Shown: in pieces, positions 9,436 through 21,651 of the stretch
How positions within the stretch are numbered: the first letter of the stretch is position 1
Layout of the letters: every line of letters starts with the position of its first letter
NCBI RefSeq assembly: GCF_025526975.1
Contig: NW_026515674.1
Span: 496,001-560,000, forward strand
DNA length: 64,000 nucleotides
Direction of reading: 5' to 3'
Source: Fimicolochytrium jonesii
Lineage: Eukaryota
Translations under genes and position numbers: made by a program
Notes under the pieces: generated by a model
The model's input: only the letters and a program-made list of their open reading frames with translations
What the model was told of the DNA's origin: nothing
Databases searched by the model: none

Positions 9436-11427
9436 ATGTTGACTCCAGCCTTCACAATCTCGCAGGACGATGAGTTCGTCACCGTGGTCTTGAAGTGTCC
9501 GTATGTCAAGGTACCTCCTACGAATTTTTATAAAGAATTCTTGCTTCCCTCCATATGAGTCTAAGCAATTGGCTGACTGAAGCCCTTAGGCACAAGATGT
9601 CGAGTTCTATATCAGTGACACCGAGTTCAAGTTTTATATCAGCCCGTACTTCTTGCGGTGAGCCCTGCAAAGTCTCACATTTTTCGCCCTGCCGCAATTC
9701 GGTTCTTATATTACGACCTTACAGGTTGAACCTCCCGGCGTCGGTAGTGGAGAACGGGCGTGAAACAGCAGCGTATGATGTTGACAAAGGCGAAGTCACT
9801 GTCAAAATACCCAAAGCGACGCCCGGGGAGCACTTCCCAGACCTGGATCTTCTGACGAAGTTATTAGCGCCGAAGGGACCGTTGCCGCCTGGACTGGGAG
9901 AGGGGACGGGGATAAGTGGTGGTCAAGCGGCGTCGGTCTCAACGAACGATGCGCCGAGATCGTTGATTCAGGTGGTTGGGGATATACCTGCAAGTGATCA
10001 GGATGGGGATGCGATGGATGAAGGGGATGAAGAAGATGGTAAATGCGAAGGCTTCTTTATGCAAACGCCGATCGGTGGCTCACGCTTGAACCTCCAGGTC
10101 AGAACTATCATTGGGACTTGCCACAAACGTTGCCAATAGAACCGGTAAGGCTCACCTTTTGTTCAGTGAACACTGAGATCCTGCAACGTATCGGCTCACA
10201 TCCTGATGAATAGGAACTGCGGATCACAAATCGCTATGGCTTCAACAACGCGTACAGCGGGATAGGGGATCACATCCGGGAGATTGCCCAGGAAATCATA
10301 CAGATCAGCAATGTGGACGAGTCCACCGCTCAGTCTCGAAGGGAGGAGCGTATTGCGCAAGAGGATCTGAAATTCGATGAAGAGCATTACATGTGCGTTG
10401 GACGGCTGTTCGTGGGATGCGCAATCAGTGCCAAAGCGTTTCTAATGTATGATCTTAGAGCAGACTATCTCAATAAGGACGAGATCGACCCTCTGATTCA
10501 ATTCAAACCGGAATCATGGAAAGTTCTGAAAAGGATACAGACCCAACGACGACTCGCGGAGGCGGCCAAAGTCGAGACCGCCAATGTCGGTTCAATCCCT
10601 TCGAGTGATCCGTCGTTGACCGAGAAGTGGCTCGCTTTCAGCGAGCAGGAGCAGGAACAAATGCGGAACCTACCGAATAAAGAATGTACGTAGCCGTTGC
10701 CTCCCCCCTCCCCTCCCCCCTGGTTCAAACACCAATCTCACATCCTCAACAGATCTGCTCGACGATGAGCGCGCAGCATATTTGGGGTTGGTGGATCTCG
10801 TCTTTGCATACAGCTACAACCATCGGACAACAGAGGGGGAGAACACGGTCGAGTCCCCGTGGACTATCGCAATCTTGAGCGCCACACTCTCGTCCTTCGA
10901 GGCAAGCATCTTTCATCCGCAAATCGCATCGTGCGAGTGATTAATGCTTGAACCTTCAATCAGACATTTGGCACCCTCCGGGAAACCTTAATAGCGTCCG
11001 TCCGCCGCTCTCTGGCGTTCCCACTGTACCGGTCCTTCGCGCTAGCCACGCGATGCATTGAGGACACGGCAGCGATGTTCAAATTGGGCAAACGGGCTCT
11101 GTTGAAAGCCGTTTTGCAGATCCAATCGTTGGTGGGCTCTGATGACAGGATGTATATCTTGCGAAAGATATGGATCGATGACTACGCCGTGTGGATTCAG
11201 CAGGCGAGGTGAGTCTCTGCGTGTGTCCTCAATCTGTATACGTGAAAGGAACGAATCTGACAACTTCCGTGGGCAGCGAGCGGAAGATTCAGTCGTTGGC
11301 CAGCGAGCTGAATCACATTAGCCTTAAGAAAGACGAAATAGGATGGGATCTCGAAAAGTTAGAGCAACTTGCAAACGATATGCCCCCCGAAGATGCAGAC
11401 CCTGAAGGGCCTCAAATGATGCTGTAA
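9436..11427 (+). CDS. SHQ1: H/ACA snoRNP assembly factor SHQ1; multi-exon
   Basis: MLTPAFTISQDDEFVTVVLKCPYVK...FYISPYFLRLNLP, GEHFPDLDLLTKLL, YGFNNAYSG, EDLKFDEEHY, ENTVESPWTI, RRSLAFPLYR. Confidence 0.93.
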
Positions 11428-11612
11428 GCCGTCAAAAGCGCATTCCAGCGATCGCTGGATTCTCAGGCGGCGCACCAAATCCGGAACTTATTCCACAAAA
11501 CGAACATCATATGTCCACTCGGATTCTCTCATCGCTTCATGTATTTAGACGCCGCTGAATCAACGTCGATGGGTTCCCTACCGCCCATGCACGTTGTTCG
11601 TTCTATCGCTCG

Positions 11613-12725
11613 TCAGTATTCCAAAATTGGCGCTCCCACTTCCTCTATACATGGAATGGTGCATTTCAGGTCAAAGGCCTTTGCCAGCACGATTTTAAAT
11701 ATCTTCTGCACGTTTATCGAATGTGATGTAGAGCAAAAGATCAGTGGTGCTTTCATTGCTTTTGCGAATCTCCGTGCCTGTGCGGGGCAAATATTAGAAT
11801 TGGGGTGACTCTGAGTTGGAACCGACATAAGCTTACCTGCTTGGTGATCTCTTCCTGCTCCTCCCTTGGAAACGCCGCGAATTGATCATATTTCGTCCCG
11901 ACCAGAAACGGGATGGCCGTCTATATGTCAGGACAGGGTCAACATCCACACCAGCCATCACTGTTCAGGACATATTGACCGCAATGCATCAGAACTAACC
12001 TTATTGAACCCCCTCGCTTGCCTATACCATTCCTTGATGCTATTCAGCGTGGACTTCCGTGACAGGTCAAACATAAACAGGATCGCTACAGCGTCGTTAC
12101 ACACCAGAGGCAACATGTTGACGAACTCCCGTTGCCCTGCATGAAAACCAGTTCCAGGAGCTGTGTTGTCGGCTTTTCAAGACAGCTCACATCCACGCAC
12201 CTCCCAAATCCCAGATACTGAACGTGATTTCCGTATTCCGGATAGATATCGTCTTTTCCATGAAATTCACCCCTTGATGACATTGGCGACGATTTTCAGC
12301 GAATGTTGGCATGAAGGTAACACACAAAAATATCGTGCATACCTAATGTTTGTATGTAGTCTTCGTCAAAGCTTCCCTCCACGTATTTCACCATCATACT
12401 CGTTTTTCCAATCTGGCTGTCTCCGACCATCCCGACTTTGATAACCACACTAGATGGAGAAGAACGCGCTCAGCAACTTGTACAGCGTAGTCGGGCGTCG
12501 CTCAGCCACCATTGCTTGCGCTCAAACTTTTTCGAACGAGACATTTGGGCGGGCAGTCCAAGCGATATCCTTCACTTGAAGACTATCGAAATGGCAGTAT
12601 GCTCCAGGAGTGCTGTGTCGAAGCGTGCCGGCCGCGACATTCAAGTAAGGCCTTACGGTGACCTACCTATTCTTCCGCGGAGTGGTGTCCGAAGATGACC
12701 CGGTCCCGGGTGCGGCCGTATTCAT
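11613..12725 (-). CDS. TEM1: Septation/mitotic-exit network Ras-like GTPase Tem1/Spg1; multi-exon
   Basis: [36 protein letters not shown]...[19 protein letters not shown]...[31 protein letters not shown]. Confidence 0.93.
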
Positions 12726-13086
12726 CGTTGCGCCGCGAGCGAAGGTAGAGTGGTGAGAATAGAAAGCAGATGGTCGTTGTAGGCGGTATCTTTCTACGGT
12801 GGGAAGTTGGCGGCGGATATCTCGTAAGTAGTCCATAAACGGAGACCTTCAAGTTCAACGGGAGAAGCGAACGACGCGTGCGACAAACGCGTGAGGAAGT
12901 TCGCAAAGAAGAAGCAGCGTTTTCCTTATTCTCATAAAACTATCTTGTGATTAGTCACGTGGCTGGCAGTCGTAGCTTCTCAACGCTGCCTCCGGCGCCC
13001 AGCACAAGCGAGAGCGTCGTCGACGCAATCGAGCCAATCCTCCTAGCACTCCCACCTACAACAAACCGAGAGGAAGTGTTGCTACC

Positions 13087-13669
13087 ATGTTGTTCTCTGC
13101 CGCCCTCCGACCAGCGGCCCGTCGCACCGTCGCTTCCCGTGCCGTACAGCGTCGCTTCGCTTCCCAGGGCCACCCCGCTAACTCCTCCGTCTTTGCCCGC
13201 GACAACTTCGCAAAGTACGTGCCGGACGTCAAAATCTCCCCCGAGACCACCCTCGGAGAGCTGTGGGAGAAGTGTTACGTCAAGTACCGCTACAGGCTCC
13301 TGTACCCCATTGCCGCTTGGGTTGGATTCCTCTACTACCAATTCTGGGTACCGTAAGTATCTTTTTCGGGACTTTCCGGGTGCAGGCAGAACGGTCGCAA
13401 TTGGGGGAAGTGGGATATACCAAAGGGTCGAACGAAATGCGCTGGAGGAGGGGGACACCGAAATCAAATGGACTTTACTGTGTCAACCCAGAATGGCCTA
13501 TAGGACGATCGGCTGAGTGATGGGTGCGGACCTTGTTTGAAATCTTGATGCCCTGACCGCCGCTTTCGCAAATCTCTTCCCGGCCTCTAGTTACACTCCC
13601 GCCTCTGAGAAGAAGAAGCTGAAGGCCAGGGAAGACTACCTCGCCGGTCTCGAATACCACGCCGTTTAA
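13087..13669 (+). CDS. Small (about 114 aa) protein with a mitochondrial presequence-like N-terminus and one TM helix; 2 exons
   Basis: MLFSAALRPAARRTVASRAVQRRFAS presequence, hydrophobic LLYPIAAWVGFLYYQFW, intron 13353-13590 (GTAAGT...TAG), C-ending codon bias. Confidence 0.7.
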
Positions 13670-14062
13670 ACGACCACCCGCATCAACATGAATATGAACT
13701 GATGGTATGTACAAATGCGATGATGTTCTCCATGGAAATTTGAGTGTCGGCAGACACTGATGCTTGAGTATTTACAGGTCACGTCTTCCGTGAAGGTGGC
13801 ACCCGGATAAGGCAGATATTCCCCCAGGGCGGAAGTCTGTCAATACGAAGACTGGACTTCCCACCTTCCCATACTTCCTTTATCCGTTATCCGCCTTCTA
13901 CTTGATGTCTCTTAAAAAAATGGATATCTGTTGGAGATACGTTTGCTCGTTGTTGCCGACATCGCGGGGCCCGTGTTCCGGGATGAGAGATCGGAATCCG
14001 TGGGGCCGGAAAGAGATACGTTGAGGACGAAGCCGTCGTGCCGGAATAGGGCGGGGACGCTG

Positions 14063-16954
14063 TCATGCGGAAGCCTCCACCACTCCCTCATTCCGGAGCA
14101 GTCCCAAAAAGTCGTTTTGCCGCTGATGGATCTGCGCAAAGGTTCCCGGGCATGAGCACATTGGGGAAAATGAAGATGGAGGCAGCCAAAGAAGCTTACC
14201 TCTTTCGTGATGGCGTCCGCACGCCGAGCTTGGATGTCCACGGTCTTACGCAACCGCCCGACTTCTTCTTTATATTCTTTGGCACGACCTTTAATGCTCT
14301 GCACTTTTGTTTTGAAGAGCTGTTGTGACTGTTCATCACAGGGGAAGGGAAGTGTCAGACCTTGGGAACTTTCTGCTTGACAAGTCCCAGCATTAGATCT
14401 CTGGAATCAGAAGTTTTACCCGCTGAAGCAAGTCCTCCAGTTCTCTCGTTTTGTCCTCCCAGTCCTGTTTCTCCTTCACGGCGAGCTCGAGCTTCTGTGA
14501 TAATGTTTGCTTTTCACGTGTCCATGTGCTCTGTTGCGGAAGGAAATATTTCCATCAGTAGTTGTTCGACAAGGGTATGCTTCATTGTAATGAATGTGCG
14601 AGTACTCACTTTCGCTCGCTCGGAGCGCGTGACGTAGGCTTCGCGCTCTTCCGCCGACAACGCCGTCGCTTGATCGAGTTCGGCCTGTAAGGATTGCAGT
14701 GCGCTCTCGGCTTTCTGCAGATCTGATCTGAAGGACAAAAAAAAATGTCTCAATGTTCTTGATCCATCTCACTAAACATCATGCAGGGCCGACAAGCGTT
14801 ACCTCAACCGCTCTACCTCCCTCCTCTCCCTCTCCCCCACCGCCCCAGCTTCAGCAGCCTGTCCCTCAGCCTCCTTCAGCTCCCTGCTCACCCGCTCCAC
14901 CTCCCGATTTGCCTTCTCCAGCGCCGCGGCAGCATCCGCCGCGGATTTGGCCAAAGATTCGTTATGGGATTGGAGAGCACGGTTAGACGATTTGAGTGTG
15001 GACAGCTCGTTTTGGAGGTCCCGGCGGGAGAGCGTGTGTTGGGATTCGAGGTGGGCGAGGTGCTCTTTAAGGGTTGTTAGGTCGGATTGGAGCTGTTGAT
15101 GAGAGTTCCGTGATGAGGAGTATTTCGGGGTAGGAAGAGAAGAAGGGCACAGCTACGAGACCGCTTACATGGTCCCGTTCGGCTTCTACTTGAGCTTTCT
15201 TGCCCCACTCTTCTTCCCTCGCCAGTCGGCATTTCTCCAGGGCGTCCTTCTCTGCGTCCGCAAGACGATGGCGGAAGGACTGTAGTGATTCTGCCGCCGA
15301 TTTGTTTTGGCTGGATAACATTTGCCACGTCAAATTTGTTATTGGCCGCTTGAGATGTTGACGGTAACACTCCATTTGCCCACCTTTCGAAGTCCGTTAG
15401 CTTCACTTTGAGATCAGCGATCGCATTCTCGTACTGATTCCGTTCTTTGAGCGCCGCAAGGTTCATATCGCTAACCTTGACCCTACACTCATCACAAAGC
15501 AGTCAGCTCGACAGTCCAACCCCCACATCCCCAGCCACCCCCAAGAAACGCACTTATAAACATGCACCCCCTCCTCGCCCAAACTTTTAACCCGCTCAAC
15601 CTCCTTCCTCAGCTCATTATTCCCCTCCGTAACAGCATCCAAGCTCCGCCGGGCCTGATCGAGCTCGTTGCTGAGCGCGGTGACCCGTGCGGCCAGGGCG
15701 TCTTTTTCGGATTGGAGCGCCTTGCCGTAGGAAGTTTCGTCGAGGAGTTTGCGGGTGTGGAGGCGGGTGGTTTGGTCCAAGGTCAGTTGGAGCTTTTCTT
15801 TGCTTGCGCTGCCGTGGTGGGGGGAAAGAATTCAGGATATGGGCGTATTCGCACTCTGGGTAATGATACACGTCCCCCCCTCACCGGAGTTCCTCAAGTT
15901 CAGGTAGCAGGCTCGCCACCTTCAGCTGCAAATCCGCGTTGTGGCGTTGGAGCTCGCGCATTCGTCGGGTATCTCCCGCAGAGTCTTCACACGTGAATGA
16001 AACGGTGGTATCAGCCAAATCATCCAAGTTGCAGAACTGCCCACCCCGCCCCGCAAATACATGCTGATACACACCCAAAGTCTGCCGAAGCTCCAACGTG
16101 CGCGCCTCCAGAGCCGCCAGCTCGTCCTGGTACAAATTCTCCATCTCTTTGAGTTTCGAGCTCGTCTGCGCTCGCTGTATGATGCAAAGTGATGTGTGAG
16201 ATCTCTGTCCGGCTGCCCCCTGTTGATCTGGAAGCATCATGCTCCTTGCGCTTACCTCCCGATCGATATCCGCCTTGGCCAACTCATGATCCCGCCTTAA
16301 CGCATAGTACAGCGATCGATACTTCTCCGTCTCCTATACATCCGTAGATCCCATCAATAACCGCCAACCCCCACAACCCCGCACAACCCCTCCCACCCCC
16401 CTCCCCACCTTCTCAATCTCCCTCCAAGCCTTTACCCTCCTCGCCTCCACCTCCCGCACCGTCCTCAACCGCACCAGTTCCAGATCCTTCGGGTTGGGAA
16501 TCTTGGCCCGCGCCGCTTCGAGTTCTTTGCGGTTCTGCTCGAGTTGGGTGTGGAAGTGCGTTGCGAGGTCGGTTGTTTGGGTTTCAAGGACTGCCTGGAG
16601 GGGGGGTTAGGGGAGTGGATGTAGGGGGAAGGAGGGGATGATGAGGGAAGTACGCACTTTTTCTTTTGCGATGATGTCGAATTCTGTTGTGAGGTCGGCT
16701 TGGCGTTCTTGGAGGCGTTCATGGTTCAGTTTTAACTAAACACAAGCGGCACTATGAAACACACAATTTCATGCTTTTCTCCAAATTTGGAAAACTCGTC
16801 AAGAACTTACGGTATCGAAATTCTCTTTGAAAGCCTCATTCTCGCTCCGTAACGTCTCCACAAGGTCCAAGGCCACTCTGAGCTTCTCGAGGACGGACGC
16901 GGAGACTTCGGCGTCGGCTTCCGATTCGGGGGGTGGTGGTGGTGGGGACGGCAT
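14063..16954 (-). CDS. CEP83: Centriole distal-appendage coiled-coil protein CEP83/CCDC41-like; multi-exon
   Basis: PNPKDLELVRLRTVREVE...EKYRSLYYALRRDHELAKAD, DTRRMRELQRHNADLQLKVASLLPELEELR and C-terminal QRQNDFLGLL resemble conserved CEP83 blocks. Confidence 0.7.
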
Positions 16955-17490
16955 GGTGTGCGTGATGGAGGGAGGGGGATAAGCTGGGATTGACGTGGAG
17001 GGGTTGTAACTTACTGGAGGTTGATGAATCTGGTGTTTTTTTGGAGGTCGGAAAATGACTGCGGAAAGAAGGGCGCGTCACCCACGCGTTTCTGTCAGTT
17101 CGCTGTCAATCTGCCGTCTCGCAGCTCTCCCATCTGCAGCTCGTACAAGACAGCCTTTTACGGCTCGCCAAAGACATATACCAACCCCACAGCATAAGCA
17201 TGAGAATCCTGTAAAAAGGTGTCCTTTTGGCACTCCCTAATCAACACATGAGATATATATACAAAGGCTCAATTCAAAAAATTGTGCATACGCGGGATGG
17301 GGAGAAATGGAAAGAGTCAAGAAGACGAGAGAAAAAAAAGTCTATAGAGATTCGTCCCATCTATACGGTCCGTCCGTCAGTCATGTCCAGTCTTACGCCG
17401 ATATCATATCATACGAAGAAGGGGGAAGAAGAGACGAAACAAACATCAAAATCTACTGGTAGCGTCCAGAGTTCTCCAAATGTCAGATTT

Positions 17491-19121
17491 TCAGAGGGAT
17501 CCGAGCACGACGACACCGACAGCAGCGAGGACCATCGATCCACCAGCGACGATGGTGGACGAGTCTGATGTCGGCTTGCTCGTGGTCGAACCGGCGTTGC
17601 TGCCACCAGCCGCGGGAGTGGCTCCGCTTGCTGGGGCGGCACCCGTGCCCGTCGAGGAGAGGCCTCCAGCGGCAGCAGCGGGCGCAACGGTCGCACCGTG
17701 GATGGCGGAGGCGGCGAGGAGGAGCTCGGTGGTGGGGTATTGGTCGTAAGCGCCGGCAACAGGCGCCGTGGCGGTGATCCACTGCCTGCTGCACATCCAG
17801 GTGTCATCGCAATTCTTGACGGCGGACGTGAGCGTGTTGTCGATGATGGTCTGGATGGAGGTCTTGAGGGCTGCGTCGGTGGTGACGGTGTAGAGAATAC
17901 CCAATCCCTTGGCGAGTTGTGGGAGGTAGACGACGTTGTCACGGGTGCAGGTGTGGACGGCGCATGGCGTTTCAGCGAGGATGCCGTTGGTTTGGTACTT
18001 GGCGATGGCAGCTTTGGCGATGTTGGCTGCGTCGTCTAGGTAGGACTGTACTTTTGTGGCCTTGTACATGTAGGCCAATCCGCTGATGAGGGTTCCCCCT
18101 GTGTAGGAGAAGTCCAAGGTATTGACGACACAGGTGGTAGCTTCCATTCCGTCGCGAACAACCCAGTCGGTACCGACGATCTGCGATGTCTTCATCCAGT
18201 TGTAGGCATTGGAGGCCCAGGTCAGGTAGGTTTGGTTGTTTGTCGCCACGGCCAAACGGGCACCAAGGACAATAGCTTCTGCGTTGGTGATAGCAGACTT
18301 GTAGTCCTTGCCCTTGGCAGCGTTTCTGTCACGAGACCAGTAAACACCTCCTCCGCACAGGGGGTCCCATTGCTCCCACATCTCTTGCATAGTCAGTTCT
18401 GCGATGCTCAAGAAGGTCTTTCCGTTGCTGTTCGGTGTTGTCGCAGAGAGACCATACGAGTCGGTTGCCGACATCACTGGAAGAAGGGAAAGGGATGAGC
18501 GAAGCGATGGTTAGTTGGGTGCATGCACTCGAGAAAGAAGCAGTACGATCAACGATCAACCATCGACAACCATCAACAACCATCAGCGTGAGCGTGGAGC
18601 GGATGATTGAACGATAGGAAGTTGGATTTGCGGTGGGCAGGAGCGTAGCTCGCTCCGCTCGGTCTCCCTCGCCATCAATCAATGTACTCACTTGCAATAG
18701 CCCACCAAGCGATATCGTCATTCCACTTTCCCCTTAATTTCTCTTGGATTGTGCGCATGGAACCACCGAGTAAATCCCCAGTTGAGCCAAAGCTAGCCTC
18801 GCTGATAGCCTCGCCCACCACCTGATCCTGACTCTTGTCGCCGTTCATAGCGGAGTTTCTGAAAGCGGCATCCCACATGATCCCACTTGCGTACCAAGAG
18901 ATGGTGTTTTGGTCGAAAGCACCCTCGACGCCAGCGGTGTTTCCAAAGCTGGTCTTTTTCGCGCCTGCCTTGTAGAGGTCAACGAGCTTCTGCATGGCGG
19001 CATGAGTAGCTGCGCCGAGAGCAGCTTTATCCTGAACATTGAGGTTCGCAGCTGAAGCACCACCCGCAGCGGTGACAGCGAGGGCGGCAGCGGCCCAGAG
19101 AGTGGAGCGAATGAGGACCAT
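17491..19121 (-). CDS. Glycoside hydrolase family 76 (DFG5/DCW1-like), secreted and GPI-anchored; 2 exons
   Basis: Signal peptide, catalytic WNDDIAWW, CGGGVYWS...YKSAITN, S/T/A-rich stalk, hydrophobic C-terminus. Intron 18691-18477. Confidence 0.92.
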
Positions 19122-19696
19122 TGTTGGATGCGGTCTGATGTGATGGCGAGTGTAACAAGTAAAGGAAGGGTGGGAATATGTATAGGGGGCGGGAGGGGGG
19201 ATGGGGTTACCTGCCGTCTAGTAGTACAGTAATGTGCCAGTGGCCTGCCCGTCTATTCTAGTCTATGCATATGGTTTGTCCAATACGTGGGAACCGCAGG
19301 CGGATATTTTTGGGCCGTTTGGGAGGGGAGCTAATTGTGGGGGGGTGCCGCCGCCCTTTTGGTTTGCGACATTGGAGTCTGGACACCCGGTGAAACGCGC
19401 ACGCGACAGAGCCAGGACTCAGGAGTGAGAAGGGATGCAGAGGGGATTCGAGCGCCACACATGCATTGATCATTTTATTATCTTGCCCATAATCATTACG
19501 TACAGTAAATTAATGAGTATGTCCAACCTCCCATGCTACATAACACCTTGTTAACCTTAAGTTCCCCTCACGCGCCGGAAGTCACGCCAGGTCCACCTGC
19601 CAGCCAGCAAGCAACACCTGGGGAGATTGGCACTCGATCTTGTCAACCTGTTCAGCATCACCCAGACTATACCCTTCTTTGCTCACACTGCCTAGT

Positions 19697-20997
19697 ATGC
19701 AACTGCCTGGTATGCGCGGTGTCGTCTCGCCGCTTCTCTCCTTCCACTCAAGAAATGCCGCTGGACGGACGTGTCGTCCTTCAAGGAGAGCGAAATCGAC
19801 GACTACGACGACGACGACATCCGGCGGCGAGTTTGTCAAGATTGTGGAAGTCGGCCCACGCGACGGTTTGCAAAACGAAAAGACCATCATCCCATCATCC
19901 ACCAAAATCGAATTCATCAACAAACTCTCCTCCACCGGCCTCCCCGTCATCGAATCAACCTCCTTCGTATCTCCGAAATGGGTACCTCAAATGGGAGACG
20001 CCACCGCTGTTCTCAAGGGAATCAAACAGAGGGAGGGTGTCTGGTACCCGGCACTGACGCCGAATTTGAAGGGATTAGAGGGAGCGATTGCGTCCGGGGT
20101 GAAAGAAGTCGCCATCTTTGGAGCTGCCAGTGAGAGCTTTAGTAAGAAGAATATCAACTGCTCGATTGAGGAGAGTTTGAAGCGGTTTGAGGATGTTGTT
20201 GCTAAAGCAAAGGAAAACGGAATCAAGATCAGGGGGTGGGTCTCTGAAAGAGGGCTCAAACATAATATCTAGTGTACTGTGTTGTTTCCTACGTGCTCAC
20301 TGATCGCGCCACCCAACAGGTACGTGTCGACAGTAGTAGGCTGCCCCTACGAAGGCCCCATCGCTCCCGAAAAAGTCGCACAGGTATCCCGCCGCATGTA
20401 CGACATGGGCTGCTACGAAATATCCCTCGGCGACACGATCGGAGTTGGCACCCCCGGCAAGTTCAGCACCATGCTCAAGCATGTGAAGCAGGTCGTCCCC
20501 GTTGAAAGTCTGGCGGTGCATTGTCATGATACGTATGGGCAGGCGTTGGCGAATATCCTGGTTTCTTTGCAGGTAGGGGATCTCGGGAATCGCTTTTCGG
20601 ATTGAACATGGGGTGGGACTCACCATGGCAATCTTTGTTTGCAGCATGGAGTACGCGTAGTGGATAGCTCGGTCGCGGGTCTAGGTACGTTTCTCATTCC
20701 TGCATCATACCCCCCTCAACCCCTGTCACTATTACTAAACACTCACATCTCCTCCTCCCCTATCTCACAGGCGGCTGCCCCTATGCCCACGGCGCAACCG
20801 GCAACGTCGCCACAGAAGACGTCCTCTACATGCTCCACGGCCTCGGCTACACCACGGGTGTTGACCTCCCCGCCGTCGTCTCGGTTGGGAACTGGATTTC
20901 TGAACAGTTGGGCAGGAAAAATGCTTCCCGTGTTGCAGCTGCTATGACCCGACCTGCGAGTAGGGAGAACGCGGAGAAGGCGGCGGCCAAGTTGTGA
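19697..20997 (+). CDS. HMGCL: 3-hydroxy-3-methylglutaryl-CoA lyase; multi-exon
   Basis: [59 protein letters not shown]; ends in AKL. Confidence 0.95.
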
Positions 20998-21013
20998 GGC
21001 CTGGCAGGGTCGA

Positions 21014-21033
21014 TGTGTGTGTGTGTGTGTGTG
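21014..21033 (+). repeat. (TG)n microsatellite
   Basis: About 10 TG units directly after the HMGCL stop. Confidence 0.9.
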
Positions 21034-21651
21034 TTGTTTACATCTGATTTTGCGTCGCTTGCTTGATACCCTCCGCTTACCGCACGTAGATAGTGCAACC
21101 GAGATGAGATAGATAGATTCCACAGAGATAGGGGTGAGACATGTGGGGCTGGTTGGTATGGGCGTTGAGTGCCAATGATACTGCTACCGCAATGGTCGAG
21201 TACCTAGATCCGATAAGTTGTACGGTTGGCCAACCCAGAGATTGCGACGGCTTGCTTTTTTTTCCGTCAATATCGAGTCGAGTAGTCAACGGATTGCGGG
21301 ACATACAAAAGTCGAAAATCCACCGTCCTCCCACCATATCAAGCAACCACCAGAGCGTTATCAGACAAATAAACAAGCAATATATTCATTCAGACCGCAC
21401 ACAAAAAACAACAGAACAACGCATTCAAAACCCAACAACGGGCAAGCGCTCGAGAAGAGGGGTTAGGATCCAAAACAGGACACCCCATTGATAAATGAAA
21501 AAAAAAAGAGGCCGAAAAAGAACGAGTTGAATATAGATACAGATAAACAAGACCGCAACGGATGTTGGGGTTCATGCTATGATGTGTGGTGTGAAAGAAA
21601 GATGTAGCAAGTGGATGATGCGTATGTTGAGTGGTCGAGGAGTGGGTGAGG

